Notes under the pieces: generated by a model
The model's database searches: none
Seen by the model: only the letters and a program-made list of their open reading frames with translations
What the model was told of the DNA's origin: nothing
Shown: positions 31,769 to 41,641 of the stretch, piece after piece
Layout of the letters: the number at the start of each line of letters is the position of its first letter
Numbering within the stretch: the stretch's first letter is position 1
IMG/VR virus record: IMGVR_UViG_3300046535_000406
Location: 32,001 to 96,000 of that record
DNA: 64,000 nucleotides
Source: a virus
Strand: one strand, 5' to 3'
Position numbers and translations under genes: made by a program

Positions 31769-33136
31769 CTAGTGGAAGCGTCCCGTGGAGCGGTGGCTCC
31801 CAAAGCGCCTCATGCGGGCTCCCGGCGCTCCCGTTGGCGGCGGGATGCCAACGGAGACGGCTGGCGTACCCGGGCGAGCGTGCGCCACGACCGGGTCCGG
31901 GTGGAGCCCGTAGGCCCAGTTGATGGTCGGAGCCTTGGCAAGCGCGGCCACTGCGGTCGGCGTGAGGGTGACGTTGTTGTAGCCGAGCAGGACCGTGGCC
32001 GCTATGCCGTCCATGTAGGGCACGGACGCGATGTTGTTCGAGAAGCCGCCACGCATCTTCAGGGAGTTGACCTTGGCGGCAGTCCACGAGCCACCCGACG
32101 GCGGAGCCGAGAGGAACACGTGCCTCACGACCACGGTCGTGTCTGACACGTCCTCGTTGGTCAGCAGGCTCGTGGTATGAGCCCAGTTGTCGTCAGACAC
32201 CTGAATGCTGATCTGATCGGCGGTCGTGCCGCTGGCGTGGAACGTCATGGTGAAGCCCACACCCTTGATGACCTTGCTGCCAGTCTCGGGCAGGTCGGAC
32301 ATCAGCCATTCGAGGTAGGCGGTCGAGCGCGCAACCTTCTGGCGCAGCGGGTTGGTGATGACCGACAGGTCAGTCTTGCCGACGTAGGTGTTCGTGTCGG
32401 TCGCGTTGGTCGCCACGTCGCCGCCAGCCGTCCCGTATCCGAAGTCGCCAGCCGTGAAGCTGTGCGAGCCATCAGAGGTTGGGCGGAGCACCACCTGCTC
32501 GCTGCCGAACGCGCCGGAGGTGGCGTAGTCCGCGCCGGGAGTTGTTCCGGGAGCCGACCAGATGTCCACCCAACGCGCATTCAGCACGGAGGTGGCGCCT
32601 CCGGCGGCAACCGACCAGTTGGAGATGTTGAACGACTCGGACAGGCCGAGTGAGCCGTTCGTTCTCGTCGTCCAGACGCCAGTCGAGCTATCCCACGTGC
32701 GCCAGCGCACCGTGTTGGTGCCGGTCGTGGCGTCAATCTCGAACGCCAGCGCATACAGCCGGTTCGCCACGAGCGTCGGCCCGCTGACGGTGCCGTAGTT
32801 GCATTGCAGGACGCCGCCGGTCGTCACCTGAAACGTGAGGTTGTTGCCGCCTGCCTTCACGACATTCACGAGGGCGACCGTTGCGCCGACGGGTAGCGCG
32901 TCGATGGTGAAGTAGCCCTCCCACGCCAGCACCTTGTTCCCAGATGGAATGGGGTGGCGGTGTAGTTGGACCGTCGCGTTAGGCGACTCCTTGTAGCAGT
33001 GCGAGCGCCCGGAGCGGATGCTCGACGCCTCGATGGACGCCGCGCCGTTCACGAGCGACCAGTACGGGCTTGTGCCCTGCGTCGCGCCCGTGACGTTGAT
33101 GCCCTCCTCGGAGGTGGTGCAGAAGTCAACGGCCAT
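31769..33136 (-). CDS. probable virion structural/receptor-binding protein (beta-sandwich, LamG-like)
   Basis: ATG 33136 in TGATG overlap; Thr/Ser/Gly-rich all-beta composition; W.EGYF and PSGGSWTAAKVNSLKM motifs seen in phage tail/fibre proteins. Confidence 0.6.
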   Translation of the reverse strand: MAVDFCTTSEEGINVTGATQGTSPYWSLVNGAASIEASSIRSGRSHCYKESPNATVQLHRHPIPSGNKVLAWEGYFTIDALPVGATVALVNVVKAGGNNLTFQVTTGGVLQCNYGTVSGPTLVANRLYALAFEIDATTGTNTVRWRTWDSSTGVWTTRTNGSLGLSESFNISNWSVAAGGATSVLNARWVDIWSAPGTTPGADYATSGAFGSEQVVLRPTSDGSHSFTAGDFGYGTAGGDVATNATDTNTYVGKTDLSVITNPLRQKVARSTAYLEWLMSDLPETGSKVIKGVGFTMTFHASGTTADQISIQVSDDNWAHTTSLLTNEDVSDTTVVVRHVFLSAPPSGGSWTAAKVNSLKMRGGFSNNIASVPYMDGIAATVLLGYNNVTLTPTAVAALAKAPTINWAYGLHPDPVVAHARPGTPAVSVGIPPPTGAPGARMRRFGSHRSTGRFH

Positions 33137-34431
33137 CAGAGCACCAGCCCGGTGACGAACGGATGGCCGTTGTCGATGGTGTTGTCGCCGCCCCATTCAG
33201 TCGTGAAGAACTGCCGCTTCCCGTCCTGCGACGGCACCGCCATGGGATCGTTGTTGTAGTGATCGTTGCCGTGGTGGGAGAAGCAGAACGGGTGCCACGT
33301 GCCGGTCCCGTCGAGGTCGAGCACGCCCACCTGATCATTGCCCTTCAGCCCGGCACCGGCGGTCGAGTCGTAGCAGGACAGCGTCACCTTGCCCGGCTGC
33401 CAGATGTTGCGGCACGAGATGTGGCCGAAGGCCATGGCCCCGGTGCCGGTTAGCTCGTTCCGCTCGGTGCCGTCCGAGAGACGGTGCGTGATCAGGTTGG
33501 AGCCCTTGTAGACGACGGCGACCTCGTTGCCCGCCGAGTCGTAGCCGAAGTCCCAGTGCTGCCCACCCGAAGTGCTCATCTGGCGGATGCGACCGTAGTC
33601 GTTCGCGCCGGTGAAGAAGTCCGATGCCCGGAACAGCCAGATGCCGCGATCCGTCGTGCCCGTGTTCAGGCCCGTCTCGCTCGTGGCGAACTGGACGCCC
33701 ACGTACTGGCCCGATTGACTCACGGTGGCGTTGTTGGCCCGAGGCGAGCACGGGAACAGGACCCCGACGCCATCCGAGTTCGTGCCGCCGGTGCCAGCCA
33801 TGCTGTAGAGCACGACCTTCTCGGCACCCGACACCGAGCCCTGAAAGACGACCCACAGATCGTCGTTCGACAGGTTGCCCTCCGCGTCTCCAATCTCCAT
33901 GTTGGCGAGCCCGAGCCCGGAGAAGTCATGGATCGTCGTCAGGGCGAGCGACGAGATGGTGCGCTTCGAGAACACGCTCTTGGGAGAGCCCCCGGTCGTG
34001 TAGAGGAACGGTGCCGACAGGAAGCCCGCCGTCACGGTGTTGGGCCATCGCGACCCCGAGTTGATCGTGACCGTCGGGCCTTTGGCGACGGATAGGTCGC
34101 TCATGTTGACGATGATGCGTCCGCTCGTGCTGTCCAGTTGCAGGAGCTTGCCGTCAGGCGACAGCGGCTGCTGGCGGGAGTAAAGCTGCTTCGACCACGT
34201 CGTGTCGCTGAGCTTCTTGACTTTGGCTCCGAACGTGGAGTCCGTGATCACGGAGCCTGCCGATGCAGGGGCAGAGTCACCGTTGGTGGCGGTGTATGTC
34301 ATCGCGACACCAGCTGGGGTCACCCCGGACGCACTCAGGACGGGACGGGCGTAGGCCCGGACCGCCTGCGGGTTCAGGTTCCGAGCCGGAGGCGACCAGC
34401 TATGAGTGATGGTGACGCTGCGACCGGCCAC
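33136..34431 (-). CDS. beta-propeller protein (TolB/WD40-like), probably virion-associated
   Basis: Blade-like repeats LSPDGKLL, LSNDDLWVV, VSQSGQYV, DSAGNEV, PSQDGKRQFF. Confidence 0.65.
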   Translation of the reverse strand: MAGRSVTITHSWSPPARNLNPQAVRAYARPVLSASGVTPAGVAMTYTATNGDSAPASAGSVITDSTFGAKVKKLSDTTWSKQLYSRQQPLSPDGKLLQLDSTSGRIIVNMSDLSVAKGPTVTINSGSRWPNTVTAGFLSAPFLYTTGGSPKSVFSKRTISSLALTTIHDFSGLGLANMEIGDAEGNLSNDDLWVVFQGSVSGAEKVVLYSMAGTGGTNSDGVGVLFPCSPRANNATVSQSGQYVGVQFATSETGLNTGTTDRGIWLFRASDFFTGANDYGRIRQMSTSGGQHWDFGYDSAGNEVAVVYKGSNLITHRLSDGTERNELTGTGAMAFGHISCRNIWQPGKVTLSCYDSTAGAGLKGNDQVGVLDLDGTGTWHPFCFSHHGNDHYNNDPMAVPSQDGKRQFFTTEWGGDNTIDNGHPFVTGLVL

Positions 34432-34437
34432 CGAGGG

Positions 34438-34881
34438 TTACCCGGCTGCGACTTGCAGCAACCCTGCCACGTCCACCGTCACGTTCACGGCACCGCCACC
34501 ACCGGCGAAGGGGAAGCCGCCGCTGTCCACGAACGCAATCGGGATGTCGTTCGCACCACCGTTCACGTTCTTGACGATCACGTATCCCTGCGCCTGACGG
34601 GTGCCGGGGCCGACCGTGGTGCCGAACGTGAAGTCAGCGGCGTCGGTCCATGAGAGGTGTGTGCTGTTGTTCTCCGCAGAGGCGGACATGCTCAGGGTCG
34701 GGCGGGAGTAGCCCGAGCCGTCGAACTCATCCAGTGTCGTGAAGCCGCCGACGGTCGCCTTGTCGCGCTCCGTGTCGGCGGTCGTGTTGGTCATCACGAG
34801 GATCGCCCGGAGGTCAGACGTGCCGGGGTTCAGGGCCGCCGTGTTCAGCAACTGCAACGCATGGTCGTACCAGAAGCTCAC
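34438..34881 (-). CDS. conserved phage structural protein (tail-fibre-associated type)
   Basis: D.RAILV...E..GSGYSRPTL...DAADFTF...IPIAFVD...P..GG..V pattern common in phage virion proteins; GGAAGGGA SD. Confidence 0.65.
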   Translation of the reverse strand: MSFWYDHALQLLNTAALNPGTSDLRAILVMTNTTADTERDKATVGGFTTLDEFDGSGYSRPTLSMSASAENNSTHLSWTDAADFTFGTTVGPGTRQAQGYVIVKNVNGGANDIPIAFVDSGGFPFAGGGGAVNVTVDVAGLLQVAAG

Positions 34882-34883
34882 GG

Positions 34884-35234
34884 TCAGTCCCTTCCGTAGG
34901 TCAAGTGCACGACGGCGGCAGCCGACGTGGAGCGGACATGAGCGGTGTCGTCAGCGCCGACACCGCTCGCCTTCGTGGGATACGTGATGGACGCTCCGGC
35001 ACCCTGCCAGTAGCCGATCCCGTTCGTCGTCGCCTCGCCCATCGCCACGGCGCACTCAGCCGAGCAGTAGACCGTGACGTAGGTCGTGCCAGCTGGCATC
35101 GCGCCGCTGGCCGGGTAGTCGGTGTTCGCGTTGGTGCAGGTGACCGCCTCGTGTGCACTCCGGCCCTTCAGGAGAGGGTTGGCCGTCACGGCGGCACCCG
35201 TTACCTCGACCCCGTACAGCGGCTGCGAACCCAC
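34884..35234 (-). CDS. small beta-rich structural protein
   Basis: 116 aa, Ala/Thr/Gly-rich, first gene of the structural cluster. Confidence 0.55.
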   Translation of the reverse strand: MGSQPLYGVEVTGAAVTANPLLKGRSAHEAVTCTNANTDYPASGAMPAGTTYVTVYCSAECAVAMGEATTNGIGYWQGAGASITYPTKASGVGADDTAHVRSTSAAAVVHLTYGRD

Positions 35235-35438
35235 GTGTCACTCCCAGTTGGCGATGGCGTGGTGATCCTACACGATGCAGGAAGTGCCGGGCGGGTGCCC
35301 CAGTGCCCAGAGCCCCCAGTCCTTGACGAGCCCAGCCACTTCCGCCCGGCCCGGCACAGCATACGTTGCCCGGGGCCTACTTGCGCAAGCCCCGGGCTGC
35401 CCAAACGGCTCCTCGGTTACCCGGGGCGCTGGAACAGC

Positions 35439-35651
35439 CTAGCGGACACGTCTCTTGGCGGGCGGCTCGACCTGTAGGCGGATCAGGTCCTGAAGGGCGG
35501 CCATCTCGGCGAGCACGCGGACGGATCGACTACCCATCTCGTCGGCGTCCTTGGAGAGGCGTACGGCGCTCGCTGCACTCGCCCGTGTCGCGGCGGCCTC
35601 CGTGGAAGCCTGCCGCCCCGGAGTGAACGCCCGGCGCAGGCGATCGATCAC
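35439..35651 (-). CDS. small coiled-coil protein
   Basis: GTG 35651 lies 7 nt after TAATCT; MIDRLRRAF... Ala-rich helix similar in style to 63..272. Confidence 0.45.
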   Translation of the reverse strand: MIDRLRRAFTPGRQASTEAAATRASAASAVRLSKDADEMGSRSVRVLAEMAALQDLIRLQVEPPAKRRVR

Positions 35652-35704
35652 GTGCCACAGATTACCCCCTACGGCCAATAGGTCGTAGTGCTTAGTGGCC
35701 CGGA

Positions 35705-36055
35705 CTATGCGTTCCGGATGCAGGCGATGAACAGGTAGCCCAGCGACAGGGCGATCACGCCGCGAGCCAGATCGACCGAAGTCGCGACCCACTCCGGGAA
35801 CACGGTGTGTCCCGCCGGTGTCGAGGGCAGATACAGCTGGCGGAGGATGCCGATCGCGCACAGGTAGACGGTAGCGACGGCGACGCCGGTGAGTGAAGCT
35901 GCCAGCACATGGGTGAGCCACAGAGTCTTGCGACCTTCTGCCACGGCGAGCCTCCGGTCAGTCAGGTACAGCCGCCACATGAACGCCGGTGCGCTCACCG
36001 CGAGAGCCCCGAAGATTGCCAGCGCGAGGATGATGACCATGCCGGAGAGGTCCAT
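35705..36055 (-). CDS. three-TM membrane protein
   Basis: Three hydrophobic segments. Confidence 0.6.
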   Translation of the reverse strand: MDLSGMVIILALAIFGALAVSAPAFMWRLYLTDRRLAVAEGRKTLWLTHVLAASLTGVAVATVYLCAIGILRQLYLPSTPAGHTVFPEWVATSVDLARGVIALSLGYLFIACIRNA

Positions 36056-36418
36056 TCACGTGGATCGTAGCGCGCTTGCACCCGCATTGCGAGCTTCCTG
36101 AGCCCTTCGATAGGTTCGCCGTCCGATTGCAAGGTGGCATTCCTTGCAGCGAGCGCGATCAGGCCGGTCGCGCCCAGCTGAGTGGATCACCGTGTTTGAC
36201 GCCTCTCGGGGATGCCCGCACGGGTAGCGCGCCTCGATGGTGACGTGAGGCTCGGCCAGCCGACAGGCTCGGCATCGGGAGTAGGACCAGACGCGGCCAT
36301 CCGGCCTCTTGCGAAGGTGCCAGAACTCGGCGTCGAACGGCCACCACTCACGGCAGCCGAAGCACAGGCGCTGAGGTCCAAGCTCAGGCTCGGACGGCAC
36401 CACGAGGGTCAGGCTCAC
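36056..36418 (-). CDS. Cys-rich zinc-binding protein (HNH-associated type)
   Basis: CFGC...CRAC and CGHP...NT...RCKEC motifs. Confidence 0.55.
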   Translation of the reverse strand: MSLTLVVPSEPELGPQRLCFGCREWWPFDAEFWHLRKRPDGRVWSYSRCRACRLAEPHVTIEARYPCGHPREASNTVIHSAGRDRPDRARCKECHLAIGRRTYRRAQEARNAGASALRST

Positions 36419-37381
36419 TCGCCCAACTCCGATCGCGCCCAGTCGCGCCAGCACTCGGGGCAGAAGTCGAGATACCGTCCGTAGTGGACGACGTACAGGC
36501 GACCGTATCCCTGCTTGCGAGCGGCGGTCCGGGCCTCGCGCTTGGTCGGCTCCATGCTGGACTCGTTCTCGCAGTCTGGGTCGTCGCAGTGGACGACGTT
36601 GTAGGCGCGGCTGGTCACCCCGTCACCTCATCGCGGGCCTCGGCTGCGCGGAACGCCCTGTCACGGTCACAGTGCGTGCATTCGCCCGGTGGGCAGAGAT
36701 AGAGCAATCCATCAGCCACCACCGCATCCCGCTCCGCGCTGGCGGGTGGCGTGGCGGCTAGGATCAAGTCGCAGACTTCGCACTCGTCGGTCGGTGTCTC
36801 GTCGTCGTACTCCACCCAGCCATCGCGGATGCCGACGTGACCGCCGAAGTTGCCGCTCCACTCTGATACGGCCTTGCGGTGCTCTCCGATCAGCGCCTCC
36901 CGCTCCGCGCTGGCGGGTGGCGTGGCGGCGAGGGCGGTCAAGATCGCATCTGTCGCGGCTGTCGCTTCGCCTTCAATCTCCCTGACCGCATCGGCGTAGT
37001 CCGAGTGGTCGGTGGCGACACCGTAGATGTGCGTCAGCGACTCGAAAGCGTGTACCAGCGCCTCCCGCAGCAGCGCGTCCGGGGTCACGACCGGGCCTCG
37101 GCTGCGCGCTGTCGGCGTCCACCCTTCGGGTGACCGCCTCGGGTGTGCCGGGTTGCGGGACTTCGCTCCGCGCTGGCGGGTGGCGTGGCGAGTCCTTCGC
37201 GACGCACCGCGTCGTCGTAGCCGTTCTGATACGCCTGCTTCAGTTCAGTCGCTTGACTCGATAGGTCACGAGCACAGTGTTCGCAAACGGTGAGGCTGCT
37301 GGCGAACGGCATCACTCGGTCGCAATCACCGCACATGCAATGGCGATCTTCGTTGGCGCGTCCCGTGGTCGGGGTGGTCAT
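36415..37381 (-). CDS. three small coupled hypothetical proteins (36415..36618, 36615..37088, 37085..37381)
   Basis: GTGA/ATGA overlaps; CxxC motifs; shared TPPASAER and RAAEAR blocks. Confidence 0.55.
36730..37190. repeat. 27-nt direct repeat x3 encoding ATPPASAER
   Basis: cgctccgcgctggcgggtggcgtggcg at 36730, 36901 and 37164. Confidence 0.85.
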
Positions 37382-37593
37382 TCGCGTTCCTCGATCGCCT
37401 GACGGAGGTAGACCACGAGGTCCAGCGCCTCCTGATAGGCGTCAACGAGGGCGTCGCGTCCGTTGTGCGCCTGCAAGGGCGTGCCGTACCGCGCTCGACC
37501 TACCCGGTCGCGCTCCTGCATGTCGGCCACCACAAGCTCCCAGATCGGCTTGCCCGGCGTGGGGATCGGCGGCGGCTGGTCGATGATCTTCAC
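37378..37593 (-). CDS. small all-alpha NTP pyrophosphohydrolase-like protein
   Basis: ER..VG..RYGTPLQAHNGRDALVDAYQEALDL.VYLRQ conserved phage motif with acidic helix. Confidence 0.6.
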   Translation of the reverse strand: MKIIDQPPPIPTPGKPIWELVVADMQERDRVGRARYGTPLQAHNGRDALVDAYQEALDLVVYLRQAIEERE

Positions 37594-37841
37594 GACGTTG
37601 ACTTCGAGCGGGGCGACCAGCCGTGCGGGTGGACGCCCTGCTCGGTCGTGTAGTCGAGGCCGCACTGGGCGCACCGTGCGATGGCCTCCGGCGTGGAGAG
37701 CCGCTTCACCACGGCTCGGCATTCCCGGTCGATCGCCTCCGCGTAATCAGGGGCGTCTGGCTCAGGGAAGCCGTACATGCGAACCCGCTCGACAAGCTCA
37801 GAGAGTGTCGAGCGGAGAGCGCCGGTGCGAGGTTCGGTCAT
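37590..37841 (-). CDS. hypothetical protein, leaderless
   Basis: TAAGAT 6 nt before ATG; CAQC...H..H. Confidence 0.5.
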   Translation of the reverse strand: MTEPRTGALRSTLSELVERVRMYGFPEPDAPDYAEAIDRECRAVVKRLSTPEAIARCAQCGLDYTTEQGVHPHGWSPRSKSTS

Positions 37842-37847
37842 GCCTGT

Positions 37848-37870
37848 ATCTTACTACAGGAAGTCAATAG
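37848..37870 (-). promoter_or_regulatory. phage promoter motif, short-spacer type
   Basis: CTATTGACTTCCTGTAG-TAAGAT-N6-ATG (TTGACT-N8-TAAGAT). Confidence 0.6.
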
Positions 37871-38551
37871 CTACCCGCTGACGCCGGAGTCCGTGCAGCT
37901 GCCAGAGTCGGCCTCAGCACGAGCCTGTCCGAGCAGCCTGCCAGCCTGCGTGAAGCCGTCACCGATCGACTTGGGCGGTGTGCCCGCGCCGTTGGTGCGC
38001 ACGATCCAGCGGAGGAAGGCGACGATCTTGCCGTGGAGGGTGGACATGCCCTGCCGGTAGCTGTTCCACGCATCGGTCATGCAGGCCGAAGGCGTGTAGC
38101 TCAGGGCGACCTGCTGCTTGGCGAAGGTGCCGATCGAGACGTAGGCGTTGATCAGCTGCCGCAGGGTGGACATGGACGCCACCGAGTTGGACCAGTCGAA
38201 CACCCGCTGGACGCCGTCGTCAATCGTGGTGACGATCAGCTGGTCGTCGTTGGCGGCGGTGGGCTGAGGTGTGGGGTCAGGCGTCGGAGCCGTGGTCGGC
38301 TCGGTGGTGGGAGCGGGACTGGCGCACGGTCCTGCCGCGATGATGACGACGGAGTGGTCCGCGACGGCGGCTGCCAGCGTGATCGGGTCCCAGCCCTGAG
38401 ACGGCACTGGGCCGTACACGTCAACGCACAGCGAGGTCGTGGTGGGAGCCGGTGCCTGCGATGGCGACTGGGCGAAGGCCGTGCTGCCGATCGCCACGAA
38501 GGTGGCGGCCAGCACGGCGATGGCGATGGGTGAGAGAGAGCGAGTGCGCAT
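37871..38551 (-). CDS. secreted protein with signal peptide and Pro/Thr linker
   Basis: MRTRSLSPIAIAVLAATFVAIGSTAFA|Q signal peptide; PT-rich linker; helical C-terminal domain; AGGAAGG SD. Confidence 0.7.
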   Translation of the reverse strand: MRTRSLSPIAIAVLAATFVAIGSTAFAQSPSQAPAPTTTSLCVDVYGPVPSQGWDPITLAAAVADHSVVIIAAGPCASPAPTTEPTTAPTPDPTPQPTAANDDQLIVTTIDDGVQRVFDWSNSVASMSTLRQLINAYVSIGTFAKQQVALSYTPSACMTDAWNSYRQGMSTLHGKIVAFLRWIVRTNGAGTPPKSIGDGFTQAGRLLGQARAEADSGSCTDSGVSG

Positions 38552-38553
38552 GA

Positions 38554-39729
38554 TCAGCCTTCCTGTTCGGTGATGACGTTGGAGTGAGCCTTGGTGTTCT
38601 CGACCAGCGGCTCGTTGCGGTCCCGGGACTGCCAGCCCTCGCGGAACCACGCCGAGTGCTCGTCGTCCGGGCCGGGCGTGTCGCCCAGTGATTGGGTGGC
38701 GTAGTGCCACGGGTTGCCGCACCCGATGACCGGGATCGGCTTGGAGTCCTTCCAGAACACCGGCCAGCCATCGGCCAGCCGGGCCATGATCCCGTCACCA
38801 CAGACAGGGCAGACCTCGACCGGGCTGCCGCCACCAGCAGGCTGAGCGGCCATGTCCCGGAGCGCGTCTCGCAGCGCGGCGTAGGTGAGCGCGTCGGCCT
38901 CGGACGGACGGACGGGTTCCTCGAAGGACATGCGGATGTCCGCCTCCACCTCGACCTCGTCGTCCGACGCTGGGGCCAGCGGCTGCCAGATCGTGGGCGG
39001 ATGCGGCTGCCCGTACCACGGGTTGTGTGACGTGTCGTCCTCGCTGAGCGTGTCCTCGACAGAGGCCGTCAGGTGGTTCTGCCGCCACTCCTCCTCGGCG
39101 ATGGCGCGGTAGTCGGCAGTCGAATACAGGTCGGCGAGCACCGCTGCCCGGGCGACGTAATACTCGGCCATGTAGCGGTTCTGGTCCTCGATGTCATCGG
39201 CCTGCTCCAACGCACGGATGGCAGCGAGGCGATAGCTCTCCGGATCGGGGCGGGGATCGGTCATGGGAGCCTCCTTGTGCTCAGGTGGGGTGGCTTGGAT
39301 GGCAAACTCCCCGTGGGAGTGGTCATCGAACCAGCTGTCAATCCGCTTCTTGCGGGCCATCAGAGCCCAGAAGTCCTCGAATGCGCCCTCTGGATTGTTG
39401 GGAACCGCGCTTATGGCGCGATCATCGATGTAGACCTCGGCTGGCACCTTGTCCGCCGTGATCAGGTCGAACGGCAACTCCCACTTGTTCAGCCAGTCGC
39501 GGACCCACTTGCGCTCGCGCTTCACGTCCCCCGGGGAGATGGAGGTCCGGCTGCACCGCGTGGTGTGGATCACGATGCGGTAGCCCTTGGCGCGAAGGTC
39601 GTCAAGGAAGGTGGTGGCGCCCGAGAGTGGTGTCGCCCCCATGTGGTAGAGCGATGTGTTCGGGTAGATCACGCCGTCGAAGTCAACGGCCACCACTCCG
39701 GTGCCGGTGTGCAGGTTGGGCCAACTCAC
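38554..39729 (-). CDS. HAD-superfamily phosphatase with unrelated C-terminal extension
   Basis: VAVDFDGVI (motif I), HTTR (II), DK...YIDDRA (III/IV); internal SD AAGGAGG + ATG at 39264. Confidence 0.75.
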   Translation of the reverse strand: MSWPNLHTGTGVVAVDFDGVIYPNTSLYHMGATPLSGATTFLDDLRAKGYRIVIHTTRCSRTSISPGDVKRERKWVRDWLNKWELPFDLITADKVPAEVYIDDRAISAVPNNPEGAFEDFWALMARKKRIDSWFDDHSHGEFAIQATPPEHKEAPMTDPRPDPESYRLAAIRALEQADDIEDQNRYMAEYYVARAAVLADLYSTADYRAIAEEEWRQNHLTASVEDTLSEDDTSHNPWYGQPHPPTIWQPLAPASDDEVEVEADIRMSFEEPVRPSEADALTYAALRDALRDMAAQPAGGGSPVEVCPVCGDGIMARLADGWPVFWKDSKPIPVIGCGNPWHYATQSLGDTPGPDDEHSAWFREGWQSRDRNEPLVENTKAHSNVITEQEG

Positions 39730-41459
39730 AGGATTGGGTTCCTCCGGTCATACAGGGCGATGCCAACGAGCGCCCCGGGGATGCCGCACAGCAGACCGAG
39801 GATCAGGCCAACGATGAACGCGACGCCGGTGCTCCACGAGCCGATGCCGCCGGTGAGCGTCATCAGCAGCAACTCGACCAGCCAAGCGAACAGGCAGCCG
39901 ATCAGGGCTCCCCCCATCACGTAGGCGGCGTACCTCACAGATCGGCCCATGGGCGCTGCCCGGCGTATCGGCACTTGGCGCCGGGGTGGAGGTCGTGCCA
40001 TGCCCGGTGCACTGACGGCTTGGCCGTGCCCTTCACCGGCTGGTCGTCAAGGTCGGGCTCGCCCATCATCGTCACGATGGTCCACGCCAACGCCAGCGAC
40101 GGCTCGGCCATCCCATTGGCTTCCAGCGCCGTGGCGATGTCGATCAGGGCGTGCCACGGAGAGCCCGGGGCAGCATTCCGCAACGCCTCGATCAGCCAGT
40201 CCTTGTGCTCGGCCACCGGGCTCGCGGTGTAGAAGCCCATCCGCTGGGGGTTGCGCAACTGCATCAGGGTGACGAACGCCTCGGCTCGCCGTCGGCACGT
40301 CACGCAGTCGGCGGCATCGCCGGTGTGATGGCGATCGAGGAAGTGGAAGGACGCCGCCACGTCCTCGATGCTCAGGCTCACCAACAGGCTCCGTTCGACC
40401 CGGGCCTGCCCACTGCGCCACTCGCACTTGCAGCCCTGCATCGAGCAGCGCGAGCCACGCGGGTGGTGGTGGTGATCCTCGATCACGCAGCTGCCGCACA
40501 GGTCCTCGAACGCGGTCATCGCTTTGGGTTCTCCCTAGCCAGCACGGTCATGTCGCCGTTGTCGTCAGCGCCGACGGAGGCGTTCGGATACCACTGGGAC
40601 ACGGCCTGAAGGATCGCGGCGGAGCAGCCCATGTCGATGGGCAGGTGGAGCGTCACCAGTGGACGGGCCACCACGCCCCGCGCCTTCAGGTCGCGGTCAA
40701 TCTCCTGCCGGTGCCGCTTGGTGGGCGTGCTCATTGCGCAGCCAACGCGATGGCCTTGCGGACAGCGCCTGCGATGGCCTCGGATGCCTCCATGATCCAG
40801 ACCTCGCGCAGGTGGGCCTCCAACTGTTCCGACTCGTCGTCAGGCACGTCGATGGGGCGCTCCTTCGGCCCCCAGCCGCAGTCGCAGGACACGTGCTCGT
40901 ACGCCCAGTCGATCCGGATGCCGTGCTTCACGTCAGCCATCGGTCGGCTCCTTCACGGTCGGCTCCTTCACGTTGCGCCATACGTCAGGCGAACGCTGCG
41001 CCCAGTCGAGGACGTTCCGGTACAGCAGCTTGCCGACCACCTGATCGAACGAGGACTGCTGCCAGACCGAGGCCCCGCGCTCCTGCCCGCAGGGACAGGT
41101 GTACCAAGCCTCGGTGACGTGCTCGACGGACAGGATGCCGCTCACCTCGAAGGGGATGACGCCCGGGTCATGGACCTCGGACCGGCGCACGGTCAGCGGG
41201 TGGTAGAGCCACGCGCAGCGGAGTCGGCGGAGTCGGCGCCTCATGCGGCCACCAGTCTCAGCGCCACGTCACGCTCGGGATCGAACACGGCCATGACGAT
41301 CAGGTCATCGGGCAGGTCGAGCGTCGCCATCAGGTTGCGCTCGAAGAACTGGGAGTGGCCGCACAGGCAGGGATCGCTGTCGCCGTACCCACCGAAGCGG
41401 GCGGGACACGGCTGGTCGCCGTGGGCTCGATGTGCGCAGCTGGGGCAGGAGGGGAGCAA
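39726..41459 (-). CDS. run of six small coupled hypothetical genes (39726..40001, 39935..40519, 40516..40734, 40731..40940, 40933..41244, 41241..41459)
   Basis: Start/stop overlaps; several Cys/His metal-binding motifs; one membrane protein; downstream of promoter 41571-41599. Confidence 0.5.
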
Positions 41460-41570
41460 CGGTTACCTCGGTCAGTGCTAAGCGCGGTCCCAGAGCCCTC
41501 GAAGTGGAGCCACCGCCGTTCTTCCCGGGGGATGAATGGTGGTTCCTGACTCTCAGGACCGCGTCCAGAG

Positions 41571-41602
41571 AAGGTACAGGAAGATGTGCAGGAAGTCAAC
41601 AG
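41571..41602 (-). promoter_or_regulatory. phage promoter motif
   Basis: CTGTTGACTTCCTG...; TTGACT-N17-TACCTT. Confidence 0.7.
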
Positions 41603-41613
41603 CTAGGTTTGGT

Positions 41614-41641
41614 CCGGGTGCCGCTCGACGGCGGCACCCGG
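41614..41641. terminator. perfect 11-bp hairpin
   Basis: ccgggtgccgc-tcgacg-gcggcacccgg just upstream of the promoter. Confidence 0.55.

Noticed and set aside
36730-37190. Three 27-nt repeats as a mini CRISPR array
   Set aside because: Spacing is 171 and 263 nt, the repeats are in-frame coding sequence, and no cas genes are present.
40941-40972. 15-nt tandem duplication (VKEPT x2)
   Set aside because: A single short in-frame duplication at a gene end; likely slippage with no evident function.
41483-41563. Possible tRNA
   Set aside because: Acceptor-like stem present, but no canonical D, anticodon or T arms and no CCA; kept only as a structured-leader candidate.
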